Below, in pieces: positions 8,147 through 15,391 of a DNA stretch of 27,103 nt (positions are counted from its first letter, which is position 1; each line of letters opens with the position of its first letter). The notes beneath the pieces are model-generated. The model made no database searches. It saw nothing but the letters and a program-made list of their open reading frames with translations, and had not been told where the DNA came from. Source of the stretch: Candidatus Iainarchaeum sp. Lineage in GTDB: Archaea; Iainarchaeota; Iainarchaeia; Iainarchaeales; DTGL01. The stretch lies in assembly GCA_038736825.1 (NCBI GenBank), contig JAVYME010000014.1, positions 1-27,103 of the forward strand, read 5' to 3'. The position numbers and the translations under genes are program-made.

Positions 8147-9100
8147 ATGCCGTCAATAAAGAGAAAGCCTTGCAGAAAAAAAGAAAGCGCAATGGCAAAA
8201 AGCCAAAAAACAATTTCTTTTAGCACAAGAAAACCAGAACTTTTGAAGAAATGGCGAGAACAGGCAAAACAAAAAATGTATGAAAGAATTCTAGAAAAAG
8301 GCACTGCCAGCATTTCAGATTTTTTGTACACAAAAGGAGCATGGCCGCATGCAAGCTCGCCTGAACGCATTGCCTCAAAAAACCTTTTGTTGCCGCTTTT
8401 GCGAGAACTGGTGGCTGAAGGGAAAATTGAAAGTTATAGGGCTGGAAAAAAAATATTGTATTGTCCTAAGGGGAAAGCCCCAAAAGAGCCTTACAAGCCA
8501 GTAAGATTTATTCAAAACCGTGCTCTTGTTGGTTGGGCTGCAGATCAAATAATTTTAAGGATTGGATTTAAGGGACCACAGCACGCTAACGCGCTTTCCA
8601 GGAAATACGTTGACCGTGAAACCGGCAGAGTCTACGGGAGTGCTGACGGAATAGGAAGCAATTTGCTTGTAAAAGAAAGCCTAAACCTGCTTTTAGAGAA
8701 CGGTTTTGTCGAAAAAACCGCTTTTGGAAAAAAACAGGTATATACACTCACAGAAGCCGGCATTAAAAGATTGCAAGAATTAAGGGAACACCCGCCAGAA
8801 AAGCCAAAAGCAAAGCGTGGTTTTAAAGAAAAAAAACAAATCCAAGAACAAAAACCAGTGACAGTAAAAGCCATTCCTTTAAAGCCACCCAAAGCAACAG
8901 AAATAGTGTTAAGAGAATTAAAAGAGAGCGCGGGTGCTTCAACGCGCGAATGGCTTTTAGAGCGAATACAAGAAAGACATCCAGGACTGGCTAAAAGCAT
9001 TTCAATGACGGATATCAATGATGCAATCGGGTATGGAATTTTAACTGGAAAAATTGCAATTGTTACAAGAGACGGAAAGAGATGCTTTATCCACAAGTGA
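8147..9100 (+). CDS. Hypothetical protein with three winged-helix-like modules separated by basic linkers; putative DNA-binding protein
   Basis: The ORF track starts at TTG 8114. ATG 8147 or ATG 8192 is more likely. Three segments each end in a wing-like hairpin: LRELVAEGKIESYRAGKKILY, LLENGFVEKTAFGKKQVYTLTEAG, and YGILTGKIAIVTRDGKRCFIHK. Confidence 0.6.
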   Translation: MPSIKRKPCRKKESAMAKSQKTISFSTRKPELLKKWREQAKQKMYERILEKGTASISDFLYTKGAWPHASSPERIASKNLLLPLLRELVAEGKIESYRAGKKILYCPKGKAPKEPYKPVRFIQNRALVGWAADQIILRIGFKGPQHANALSRKYVDRETGRVYGSADGIGSNLLVKESLNLLLENGFVEKTAFGKKQVYTLTEAGIKRLQELREHPPEKPKAKRGFKEKKQIQEQKPVTVKAIPLKPPKATEIVLRELKESAGASTREWLLERIQERHPGLAKSISMTDINDAIGYGILTGKIAIVTRDGKRCFIHK

Positions 9101-9242
9101 AAAGGCAACGGCTAAAACATTGTTTTTAGGCAAAAAAGCGCTTATTGCATGCAAAAAAACCTATTTTTGAGCTTGCAGTTCTGGCTTGCCATCCAAAACC
9201 GCAATAGAAAACAATTAATATTCTAAAAACAATACTAATTTG

Positions 9243-10145
9243 ATGTTTGAGCTTCCAGTGTTTCTCTCAATTGGCGTGCCGGCTTATAACGAAGAGGAAT
9301 CCATTCAACGCTCTCTATATTGGATAACAAAGCAAACCCTTTGGAAGGCTATGCCGCCAGAGCGCAGGGAAATAATTGTTTTGGCTAACGGTTGCACTGA
9401 CCGGACAGCTGAAATAGCAAGGGAAATGCAAAGGAAAAACCCTGAAATAAAAGTGATAGAAACCCCGAAGAAAAGCAAGGCAGCAGCATGGAACATTATT
9501 GTAAGAGAATCAAATCCTAACGCAGAAATTTTGCTTTTCACAGACGCAGATGTTGTTTTGCACAGGCGAGCGCTTGAAAAAATCTGGACTAGGTTCAAGC
9601 AAAACAGGGAACTTGAACTTGTCGGAGGCATGGCTGTGCCAATCAATGTAAGCGCGTCAAAAAATCCGCAAGTTAGAGAAAGAAACATTGCTTTAAGGGA
9701 AAGCGCTGAAAGAGCAACAAACCTTGCAGGATGCATTTATGGTATCAAGAGAAAAACAGCGCTAGGCATAAAAATGCCAGAAAACCTCTTGACTGAAGAC
9801 CTTTACTTGAGACTATTGGTTCCAGATGCAAGGTTTGCAAAAGAAAAAAGCGCAAAAGCATTTTTTAAGCCACCTGAAACAGTCAGGGACATAATGCGCC
9901 AAGAGCGGAGATACCGCCTTGGATTAAAGCAATTGGTTCAAATGGGGCTTCTCCCGCAAGGCGAAAGCATTTGGACAAAAGCAAAAAAACTAAGGGGGCT
10001 TCCATTAAGACAAAAACTGGCAAGAATCTATTTCTATGGCATTGGCAGAATTAAAGATTTCAACCCGAAGACAATATTTGAGCCCCAGTGGAGCAAAGTC
10101 AAATCCTCCAAAATCCCGAAAAGGCAAAGGCATAGAAAGCACTGA
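9243..10145 (+). CDS. Family 2 glycosyltransferase
   Basis: LSIGVPAYNEEESIQRSL (GT2 N-terminal motif), a DxD-like FTDADV, and overall GT-A layout. ATG 9243 lies immediately after the track's TTG 9240. Confidence 0.85.
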   Translation: MFELPVFLSIGVPAYNEEESIQRSLYWITKQTLWKAMPPERREIIVLANGCTDRTAEIAREMQRKNPEIKVIETPKKSKAAAWNIIVRESNPNAEILLFTDADVVLHRRALEKIWTRFKQNRELELVGGMAVPINVSASKNPQVRERNIALRESAERATNLAGCIYGIKRKTALGIKMPENLLTEDLYLRLLVPDARFAKEKSAKAFFKPPETVRDIMRQERRYRLGLKQLVQMGLLPQGESIWTKAKKLRGLPLRQKLARIYFYGIGRIKDFNPKTIFEPQWSKVKSSKIPKRQRHRKH

Positions 10146-10191
10146 AATTCCGCCTGTTTCCGTTAAAAAATTTTCCATTCAAAAATTAAAA

Positions 10192-11133
10192 GTGAAAAAA
10201 GAAGTTTTAGTAATTGCATTGGGCGGCAATGCGCTGATAAAAAACGGCCAAAAAGGAACTGTTTACGAGCAGTTTGCGAACACCCGTGAAGCCCTAACCG
10301 GTGTTGTTGAACTCGTAAGGCAAGGGCATAAAATAGTTTTAACCCACGGCAATGGCCCGCAGGTTGGCAACATTGTCATTCGCACTGAAGCAGCAATCGG
10401 AAAAGCCTATGAAGTTCCGTTGGGGGTTGCAGTGGCAGAATCTCAAGGCGAAATAGGTTACATGATACAGCAAACACTGCAAAACAAGCTTCGCGCTGCC
10501 GGTATTAAAAGAGAAGTTGTAACAGTCATCACCCAAGTAATTGTGGACAAAAACGATCCCCAAATAAAAAATCCAACAAAACCAATCGGGCCATTTTATT
10601 CCAGAGAAGAAATTGAAAGGCTCAGGGAAAGAAAAATCACCATCATAGAGGATTCTGGAAGAGGTTATAGGAGGGTGGTGCCAAGCCCCATTCCCTTAGA
10701 TGTCGTGGAGAAAGAGGCAATAAAAAAACTTATTGAAAACGATGTAATCGTGATTGCTGCTGGTGGCGGGGGAATGCCAGTATACATTGACGAAAACGGC
10801 AACTATGAAGGCATTGATGGCGTTGTAGACAAAGACCTTGCCACTGCGGTTTTAGCAGAAAAAATTGGCGCTAAAGAAATGATTATTTTGACTGGAGTTG
10901 AAAAGGTTTTCTTGAACTACAACAAGCCAAACCAAAAAGAACTGGACAAATTGACTGTAGGGGAAGCCAAGCTTTATCTTTCACAAGGGCAATTCCCTGA
11001 AGGCTCAATGGGTCCAAAAATTCAAGCAGCAATACAATTCATAGAACGCGGTGGAGAAAAAGTAATTATCACTTCAATAGACAAGTTATTGAAAGCAATA
11101 AAAGGAAAAACCGGCACCACTATTTCCGCTTAA
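10192..11133 (+). CDS. arcC: Carbamate kinase
   Basis: VIALGGNAL...THGNGPQVGN...AAGGGGMPV...DKDLA...GSMGPKI, collinear with carbamate kinases. The track ORF from 10036 overlaps the GT2 gene. An in-frame GTG at 10192 (VKKEVLVIALGGNAL) gives the canonical length of about 313 aa. Confidence 0.9.
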   Translation: MKKEVLVIALGGNALIKNGQKGTVYEQFANTREALTGVVELVRQGHKIVLTHGNGPQVGNIVIRTEAAIGKAYEVPLGVAVAESQGEIGYMIQQTLQNKLRAAGIKREVVTVITQVIVDKNDPQIKNPTKPIGPFYSREEIERLRERKITIIEDSGRGYRRVVPSPIPLDVVEKEAIKKLIENDVIVIAAGGGGMPVYIDENGNYEGIDGVVDKDLATAVLAEKIGAKEMIILTGVEKVFLNYNKPNQKELDKLTVGEAKLYLSQGQFPEGSMGPKIQAAIQFIERGGEKVIITSIDKLLKAIKGKTGTTISA

Positions 11134-11522
11134 GGATAGTGGTCAAGAAGAAACTCAACTGTTTTAAGAGAAAGCCCTTCTTGTTTTGCCAGTTCTAATA
11201 AAAGGCTTTCCAGTTCTTTTCTTGAAAGCGTGTCCTTTGCCGTTCCAGCATACTCTTTAATTCCCAACAAAAGCAAATTCCGCTTTCGCTCTTCTGAAAG
11301 CTGACCCCTTAAGTGTTCCGTGAGAACATCCCAGCAAGCCCTATAGCGATACCTTTCAGCCTCCGGCCACTTTTTTGTGGGAAAAACAGCCTTTTTTACT
11401 TCAACCTTTGGAGGTTTCCTGAAACGCTTGAAAAAGCGACTCAAATTTGAAATCCTGAAATTCCTTTTAGCTTGGGGGGCTCGCCTTTGCTTGAAAGACA
11501 TTTTTCCACCTTGAAAAATCAC
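11130..11522 (-). CDS. Small basic hypothetical protein
   Basis: 130-aa ORF. GTG 11522 forms a GTGA overlap with the stop of the upstream HD gene; ATG 11501 is the alternative start. Basic N-terminus (KQRRAPQAKRNFR...), helical C-terminus. No motif recognised. Its stop overlaps the arcC stop convergently. Confidence 0.55.
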   Translation of the reverse strand: MIFQGGKMSFKQRRAPQAKRNFRISNLSRFFKRFRKPPKVEVKKAVFPTKKWPEAERYRYRACWDVLTEHLRGQLSEERKRNLLLLGIKEYAGTAKDTLSRKELESLLLELAKQEGLSLKTVEFLLDHYP

Positions 11523-12301
11523 AACCTGAACTCATTTATAATTTTTTCCTCTTCTCCTTTAATGTGCGCTGTTACCTCAATCAGTTCTTCCAAACCAGAA
11601 TGTTGGATTTTTTCCTTCATTAGTTGTTCTATTTGGAATATTCCTGCCGAATTGCCCATTTCTATTTCAATGTGGATTGGCCTTTGCTTGCCTTTTTCAA
11701 TTCTTACATCTTTTATCGCTAGAGCGCTGACTGAATGGATTGAAATCCTTCCAGCATCAAAGGGAACTCTTGCCCGGCCTTCTTTTGCATCCAAAGAGTC
11801 TGCGATTCTGACACAGCCGGCTTCCAGTGTGAAGGGGTAGAATTCTTTGTGGTGGCAAATTATTGCATGCAATACCTCGCTTTTCATTATAACTAATTCT
11901 TTTTGGCTATAAATGCCTTTCAGCAGTCCATCCAATAGCCTGTCAGCTATTGGCAGTGAAAACTCGTAATGTTTTTCTCTGTGAATGCTGTGACCAACAT
12001 CGTGCAATAGGGCTGCCAGAACAACCACAACCTCAGCATCCTCGTTTTTCAAGTTGAAATCCTTAACTATTGCCGGAATTCTGCCGTCTTCAATGAGCAT
12101 TCTCAAAAGCCTTAAAGCAATGTTTGAAACAATGGCAACATGCACTCTGCCGTGATCATTGAACTTGAGCCTGTTCACAGCAACAACATTAGAGCAATCC
12201 CAGTATTGTTGCAGTTCAGGACTGGAATTAACTCTTTTAACTATTTTTTCAAGTTTTTTGTTGCCTTTGAAAGGAATATTCAAAACCATAAAACCACGCA
12301 A
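11519..12301 (-). CDS. HD-domain metal-dependent phosphohydrolase
   Basis: H...HD pattern: DHGRVHVAIV ... ALLHDVGHSIHREKH ... ICHHKE. The start is TTG 12301 or in-frame ATG 12289 (MVLNIPFKG). Confidence 0.8.
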   Translation of the reverse strand: MRGFMVLNIPFKGNKKLEKIVKRVNSSPELQQYWDCSNVVAVNRLKFNDHGRVHVAIVSNIALRLLRMLIEDGRIPAIVKDFNLKNEDAEVVVVLAALLHDVGHSIHREKHYEFSLPIADRLLDGLLKGIYSQKELVIMKSEVLHAIICHHKEFYPFTLEAGCVRIADSLDAKEGRARVPFDAGRISIHSVSALAIKDVRIEKGKQRPIHIEIEMGNSAGIFQIEQLMKEKIQHSGLEELIEVTAHIKGEEEKIINEFRL

Positions 12302-12400
12302 TAAAATAGTGTTGTTTTGAATATTTAACGCTTTGCATGACCAATTAAAGCCATTGAATTTCTTTTCTTTAAAAACAAAAAATCAAAAAAAGCGTAAGAA

Positions 12401-12407
12401 TTTATAC
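12401..12407 (+). promoter_or_regulatory. TATA-like box TTTATAC centred 26 nt upstream of ATG 12430 (leaderless-type spacing)
   Basis: Position relative to the ATG, with no SD in between. Confidence 0.35.
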
Positions 12408-12429
12408 TTCTTCCAACAATAATTCTTGC

Positions 12430-13332
12430 ATGTGGCCTGGAAACCCTGACTTGCCAGAACAGCCTTTGCTTCCATTAAAACCACCAGAACCAAAAAAACA
12501 CGAGCTTGACCTCTTAAGGGAAAGGCTAAGGCAGGAAATTGCTGAAAAAAGGGCAAGACTGCAAAGGCGAACCGTTAATTCAATGAATTCAAATATTATA
12601 AAGGATTTGAGGAACACGGAATGGATGAACCATTTTAGAACACTCTTTGTACAAGACTACAAGGAAAGCCTTGGAGTGAAATTCGAACTGTCAGAAAAAC
12701 AAAAAATGGAAGCAATGAAAATTGCAGAAAAAATTGTGACAGGGGATAAAGAACACGAAAGAGAATATGTTTTTGTTGCAACAGTTCCGGTAAAAAGGGA
12801 AAGCCCTGCAATGAAACGCTTTGATGAACCAATTGGTTTCTTGACTTTCAGGATTATTCCACAAGAGGGCGGTGGCACTGGAGAAATGGTTTTTTCTTGT
12901 GACAGAATTTTCATTTCAGAAAAATACAGGCGCTTGGGAATTGCGCCATATCTTGTCAGAAGAGCCTTGGGGAGAGCTGTAATTGAAAACGAGAGGATTG
13001 GCTTTGCTCGCTTTGAAGATCCTTTTGGGTTTCTGACTCCCCGAATTATAGACTCAATGAAAAAAATGGGCTTTTTTACTGAAGTACAGCGCCGGAAAGA
13101 CAGAAACGACATATTTGCAGAAATAAACCCTGTTGCCATGGCAGAAGAAGTCAAGGTCATTAAAGCCTTTGAAAAACTAAAAAAAGCCCCTTTGTTGAAA
13201 AAGCCAGTTGAAAGAATTAGGCTTTTCAGGGAAAGGCGCAAATACTACCGGCTTGCAGAACAAAGAAAAAGAAGGGCATCCATAATTGCAAAGCTTCAAA
13301 AAAGGATGAAAGCAAACAGGAAAAGGCACTAA
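12430..13332 (+). CDS. GNAT-fold N-acetyltransferase-like protein with long basic/helical N- and C-terminal extensions
   Basis: GNAT motif A-like IFISEKYRRLGIAPYLVRRALGRAV in a core of about 110 aa. A Pro/Lys/Arg-rich N-terminal tail and an Arg/Lys-rich C-terminal tail (RERRKYYRLAEQRKRRASIIAKLQKRMKANRKRH). Confidence 0.6.
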   Translation: MWPGNPDLPEQPLLPLKPPEPKKHELDLLRERLRQEIAEKRARLQRRTVNSMNSNIIKDLRNTEWMNHFRTLFVQDYKESLGVKFELSEKQKMEAMKIAEKIVTGDKEHEREYVFVATVPVKRESPAMKRFDEPIGFLTFRIIPQEGGGTGEMVFSCDRIFISEKYRRLGIAPYLVRRALGRAVIENERIGFARFEDPFGFLTPRIIDSMKKMGFFTEVQRRKDRNDIFAEINPVAMAEEVKVIKAFEKLKKAPLLKKPVERIRLFRERRKYYRLAEQRKRRASIIAKLQKRMKANRKRH

Positions 13333-13347
13333 AAAAAGCAATCATGG

Positions 13348-13354
13348 TTTTTTT
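13348..13354 (+). terminator. T7 tract 16 nt after the stop at 13332
   Basis: Sequence ggtttttttg downstream of TAA. Confidence 0.35.
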
Positions 13355-13428
13355 GTAAAAAAAAGCCTTGCAAGAGAACTCTTAACCCCCTGCTTTTTAT
13401 TGTTTTCCAAGAAAAAAATTATAGTTTA

Positions 13429-13505
13429 GGGCGTGTAGCTTAGCCTGGTGGAGCACCCGGCTGATAACCGGGCGGTCGGCGGTCCGAATCCGCCCACGCC
13501 CACCA
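13429..13505 (+). tRNA. tRNA-Ile(GAT): tRNA-Ile (anticodon GAT), 77 nt including a genomically encoded CCA
   Basis: Hand-folded cloverleaf. Acceptor GGGCGTG/CACGCCC, D-stem GCTT/GAGC, anticodon stem CCCGG/CCGGG, loop CTGATAA, T-arm GGCGG-TCCGAAT-CCGCC, discriminator A, then CCA. Confidence 0.9.
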
Positions 13506-13513
13506 TTTTTTGC

Positions 13514-14233
13514 ATGAAATCCATGAAAGAAAGGTTTTGGGAACTGGATGCTGTGCGCGGCATTGCGGTTGCACTCATGGTTGTCTTTCACATTCTTTTT
13601 GACATCAAATATTTTGGTTTTTTAACACTTGAAGTTCCGGATTTTTTTTGGTGGGCGATGCCGACAATTATTGCCTTCATATTCCTTTCCATTGCAGGCA
13701 TTTCCCTTTCAATCAGTTATGCAAGAAATCCAGCCCCTGAAAGGTTCCTTTTGCGTGGCACAAAAATTTTTTTCCTTGGCTTGCTGATAACCATTGCAAC
13801 TTGGATTTATCCACGCGATGGCTTTATTGTTTTCGGCATATTGCACTTGATTGGGTTGAGCATTATTCTTTCAATTCCATTTTTGCAATTAAAAAAAGCA
13901 AACCTTTTATTGGGTTTAATCATTATTTTTGCAGGCTTTTTCCTTCAAACACAATATTTTGGCTTTCCTTGGCTTTTATGGCTGGGCTTTATTCCAAAAG
14001 GCTTTTATTCACTTGACTATTATCCCTTATTGCCTTGGTTTGGCATAGTGCTTTTTGGAATATTTGTTGGAAAAGAAGCATATCCTAGCGGAAAAAGGAA
14101 TTTCAAGAAAAGCATAGAGCCAAAACCTTTGCGCTTTCTTTCCTTTCTTGGAAGGCACTCGCTAGCAATTTATTTGTTGCACCAGCCAATAATAGTTTCA
14201 GCACTATTTTTGGTTTTTGGAATGCCAAGCTAG
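13514..14233 (+). CDS. DUF1624 / heparan-alpha-glucosaminide N-acetyltransferase-like polytopic membrane protein
   Basis: N-terminus MKSMKERFWELDAVRGIAVALMVVFH matches the R-x-x-x-D-x-x-RG...M...H signature of this acyltransferase-like family, with about 8 TM helices. The track ORF from 13448 reads through the tRNA-Ile gene and is rejected. The start is ATG 13514 or 13523. Confidence 0.75.
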   Translation: MKSMKERFWELDAVRGIAVALMVVFHILFDIKYFGFLTLEVPDFFWWAMPTIIAFIFLSIAGISLSISYARNPAPERFLLRGTKIFFLGLLITIATWIYPRDGFIVFGILHLIGLSIILSIPFLQLKKANLLLGLIIIFAGFFLQTQYFGFPWLLWLGFIPKGFYSLDYYPLLPWFGIVLFGIFVGKEAYPSGKRNFKKSIEPKPLRFLSFLGRHSLAIYLLHQPIIVSALFLVFGMPS

Positions 14234-14772
14234 CTATTGCTTTTTCCAAGTATGGCGACACAACAGGTTTTTCCCTGTTCTTTCAAGCAAGAGCATTTTG
14301 AAAAATATGAAGGCTTAAAATGGTTGTTCTGTAATTCCCTTGCTTTTTCCAAAAACCCGCTTGCAGAATGACAAAAAACTGAAAAAAAATAAGGACCGCT
14401 GGACACCACTCTATAAGATATCGAGCTCTCATTTTCATTTTCTGCACCACCAGTCAAACCATTGTCCTTTCCAGCTTCACCCAATGCAAGGCAGAATTGT
14501 CCTTGGCTTATTGAAAAATTCTTATCTTTTAAAACAATTGCAGAGGTTATGCTGCCAAAACCAACAAAATTGAAATCCCTTGTTTTGACAACTTTGCCTT
14601 GGTTTGAAAGCGCAATTTGCAGTGCTCCGCTTAAGGTTGAAGGCTTGAAAGCAGTTTCAGCAAAATTAGTTCCAGTGTTTGCCTCAACCAGTATCCAATA
14701 CAAGAGAAAAAGGCTTAAGGCAAAAAGAGCCAAAACCCCGAATTCCACTGCATGCCATTTTGTAAGGCGCAT
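14230..14772 (-). CDS. Secreted or membrane-anchored six-cysteine domain protein, paralogous to aa 55-185 of the 2743 lipoprotein
   Basis: ATG 14772 (MRLTKWHAVEFGVLALFALSLFLLYWILV) gives a short charged N-terminus plus a hydrophobic helix, i.e. a signal anchor loosely resembling a class III/pilin-type signal. The Cys pattern C...C...CxC...CC-x-I-LG is shared with the 2743 ORF. Confidence 0.6.
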   Translation of the reverse strand: MRLTKWHAVEFGVLALFALSLFLLYWILVEANTGTNFAETAFKPSTLSGALQIALSNQGKVVKTRDFNFVGFGSITSAIVLKDKNFSISQGQFCLALGEAGKDNGLTGGAENENESSISYRVVSSGPYFFSVFCHSASGFLEKARELQNNHFKPSYFSKCSCLKEQGKTCCVAILGKSNS

Positions 14773-14856
14773 GCAATAGAATAGCACTCAATATTTTAAA
14801 TTCTTGCCGTAAAAAAATACCAAAAAAAAGGAAAGCACCAGCCACTTTATAGGGTT

Positions 14857-15387
14857 TCAAAGTTCTTGCCAGACCTCCACAAAAGAATCCACCAATTCAT
14901 CCAAAAAAGACTTTTTATACCTGATAAGCAGCCTTTTCGCTTCTTCTGGATTGACAAGAAAAAAATAGGTTTTTTTTGGAGTCCGCTTTTTTTGCACTAA
15001 ACCGCTCTTCAAAAGCTTTTGCATGTGAAAAGAAACTGTGCTGGGCGCCAGCCCCAAAAAAGAGGAAAGCTGCCTGTTTGTGGCACGCTTTTTTTCAATC
15101 AAGAGAAGCACTATTTTCCTAACGCTTTCCTCGCGCAAAAGCCCAAGCGTAAGCTTTTCACTTTCAGTGTGCTCTCCAACGAGTGGAAAATAGCGAATGA
15201 ATTTGCCTCTTTTCTGCAATCTTATCAAGTGCACTTTATCCAATACATCCAAGTGATATTGGAGTTCCCCTATTGCAAGCCCAGTCCGTCTCTTCAATTC
15301 GCGGAAATGGATTCCAGGCGAGCTTTGTATTTCATCGTAAAGCCTTTTCCGTGTCGGAAGCTCTAAAGCCCGATCCCTGTCAATCAT
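14857..15387 (-). CDS. Transcriptional regulator with two tandem winged helix-turn-helix (ArsR/TrmB-like) domains
   Basis: RKRLYDEIQSSPGIHFRELKRRTGLAIGELQYHLDVLDKVHLIRLQKRGKFIRYFP and VRKIVLLLIEKKRATNRQLSSFLGLAPSTVSFHMQKLLKSGLVQKKRTPKKTYFFL. Confidence 0.75.
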   Translation of the reverse strand: MIDRDRALELPTRKRLYDEIQSSPGIHFRELKRRTGLAIGELQYHLDVLDKVHLIRLQKRGKFIRYFPLVGEHTESEKLTLGLLREESVRKIVLLLIEKKRATNRQLSSFLGLAPSTVSFHMQKLLKSGLVQKKRTPKKTYFFLVNPEEAKRLLIRYKKSFLDELVDSFVEVWQEL

Positions 15388-15391
15388 TGTT

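Noticed and set aside
8632-9108. 158-aa minus-strand ORF
   Set aside because: It is antisense to the triple-wHTH gene and looks like a shadow ORF of an A-rich coding strand.
10036-10191. N-terminal 52-codon extension of the carbamate kinase ORF in the track
   Set aside because: It overlaps the 3' end of the GT2 gene in another frame, and the extension has no carbamate kinase similarity. The in-frame GTG at 10192 gives the canonical N-terminus.
12657-13241. 194-aa minus-strand ORF
   Set aside because: It is antisense to the GNAT-core gene, which has a recognisable motif A. There is no motif on the antisense frame.
13448-13513. 5' extension of the DUF1624 ORF
   Set aside because: It reads straight through the tRNA-Ile gene. 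The protein family N-terminus begins at ATG 13514.
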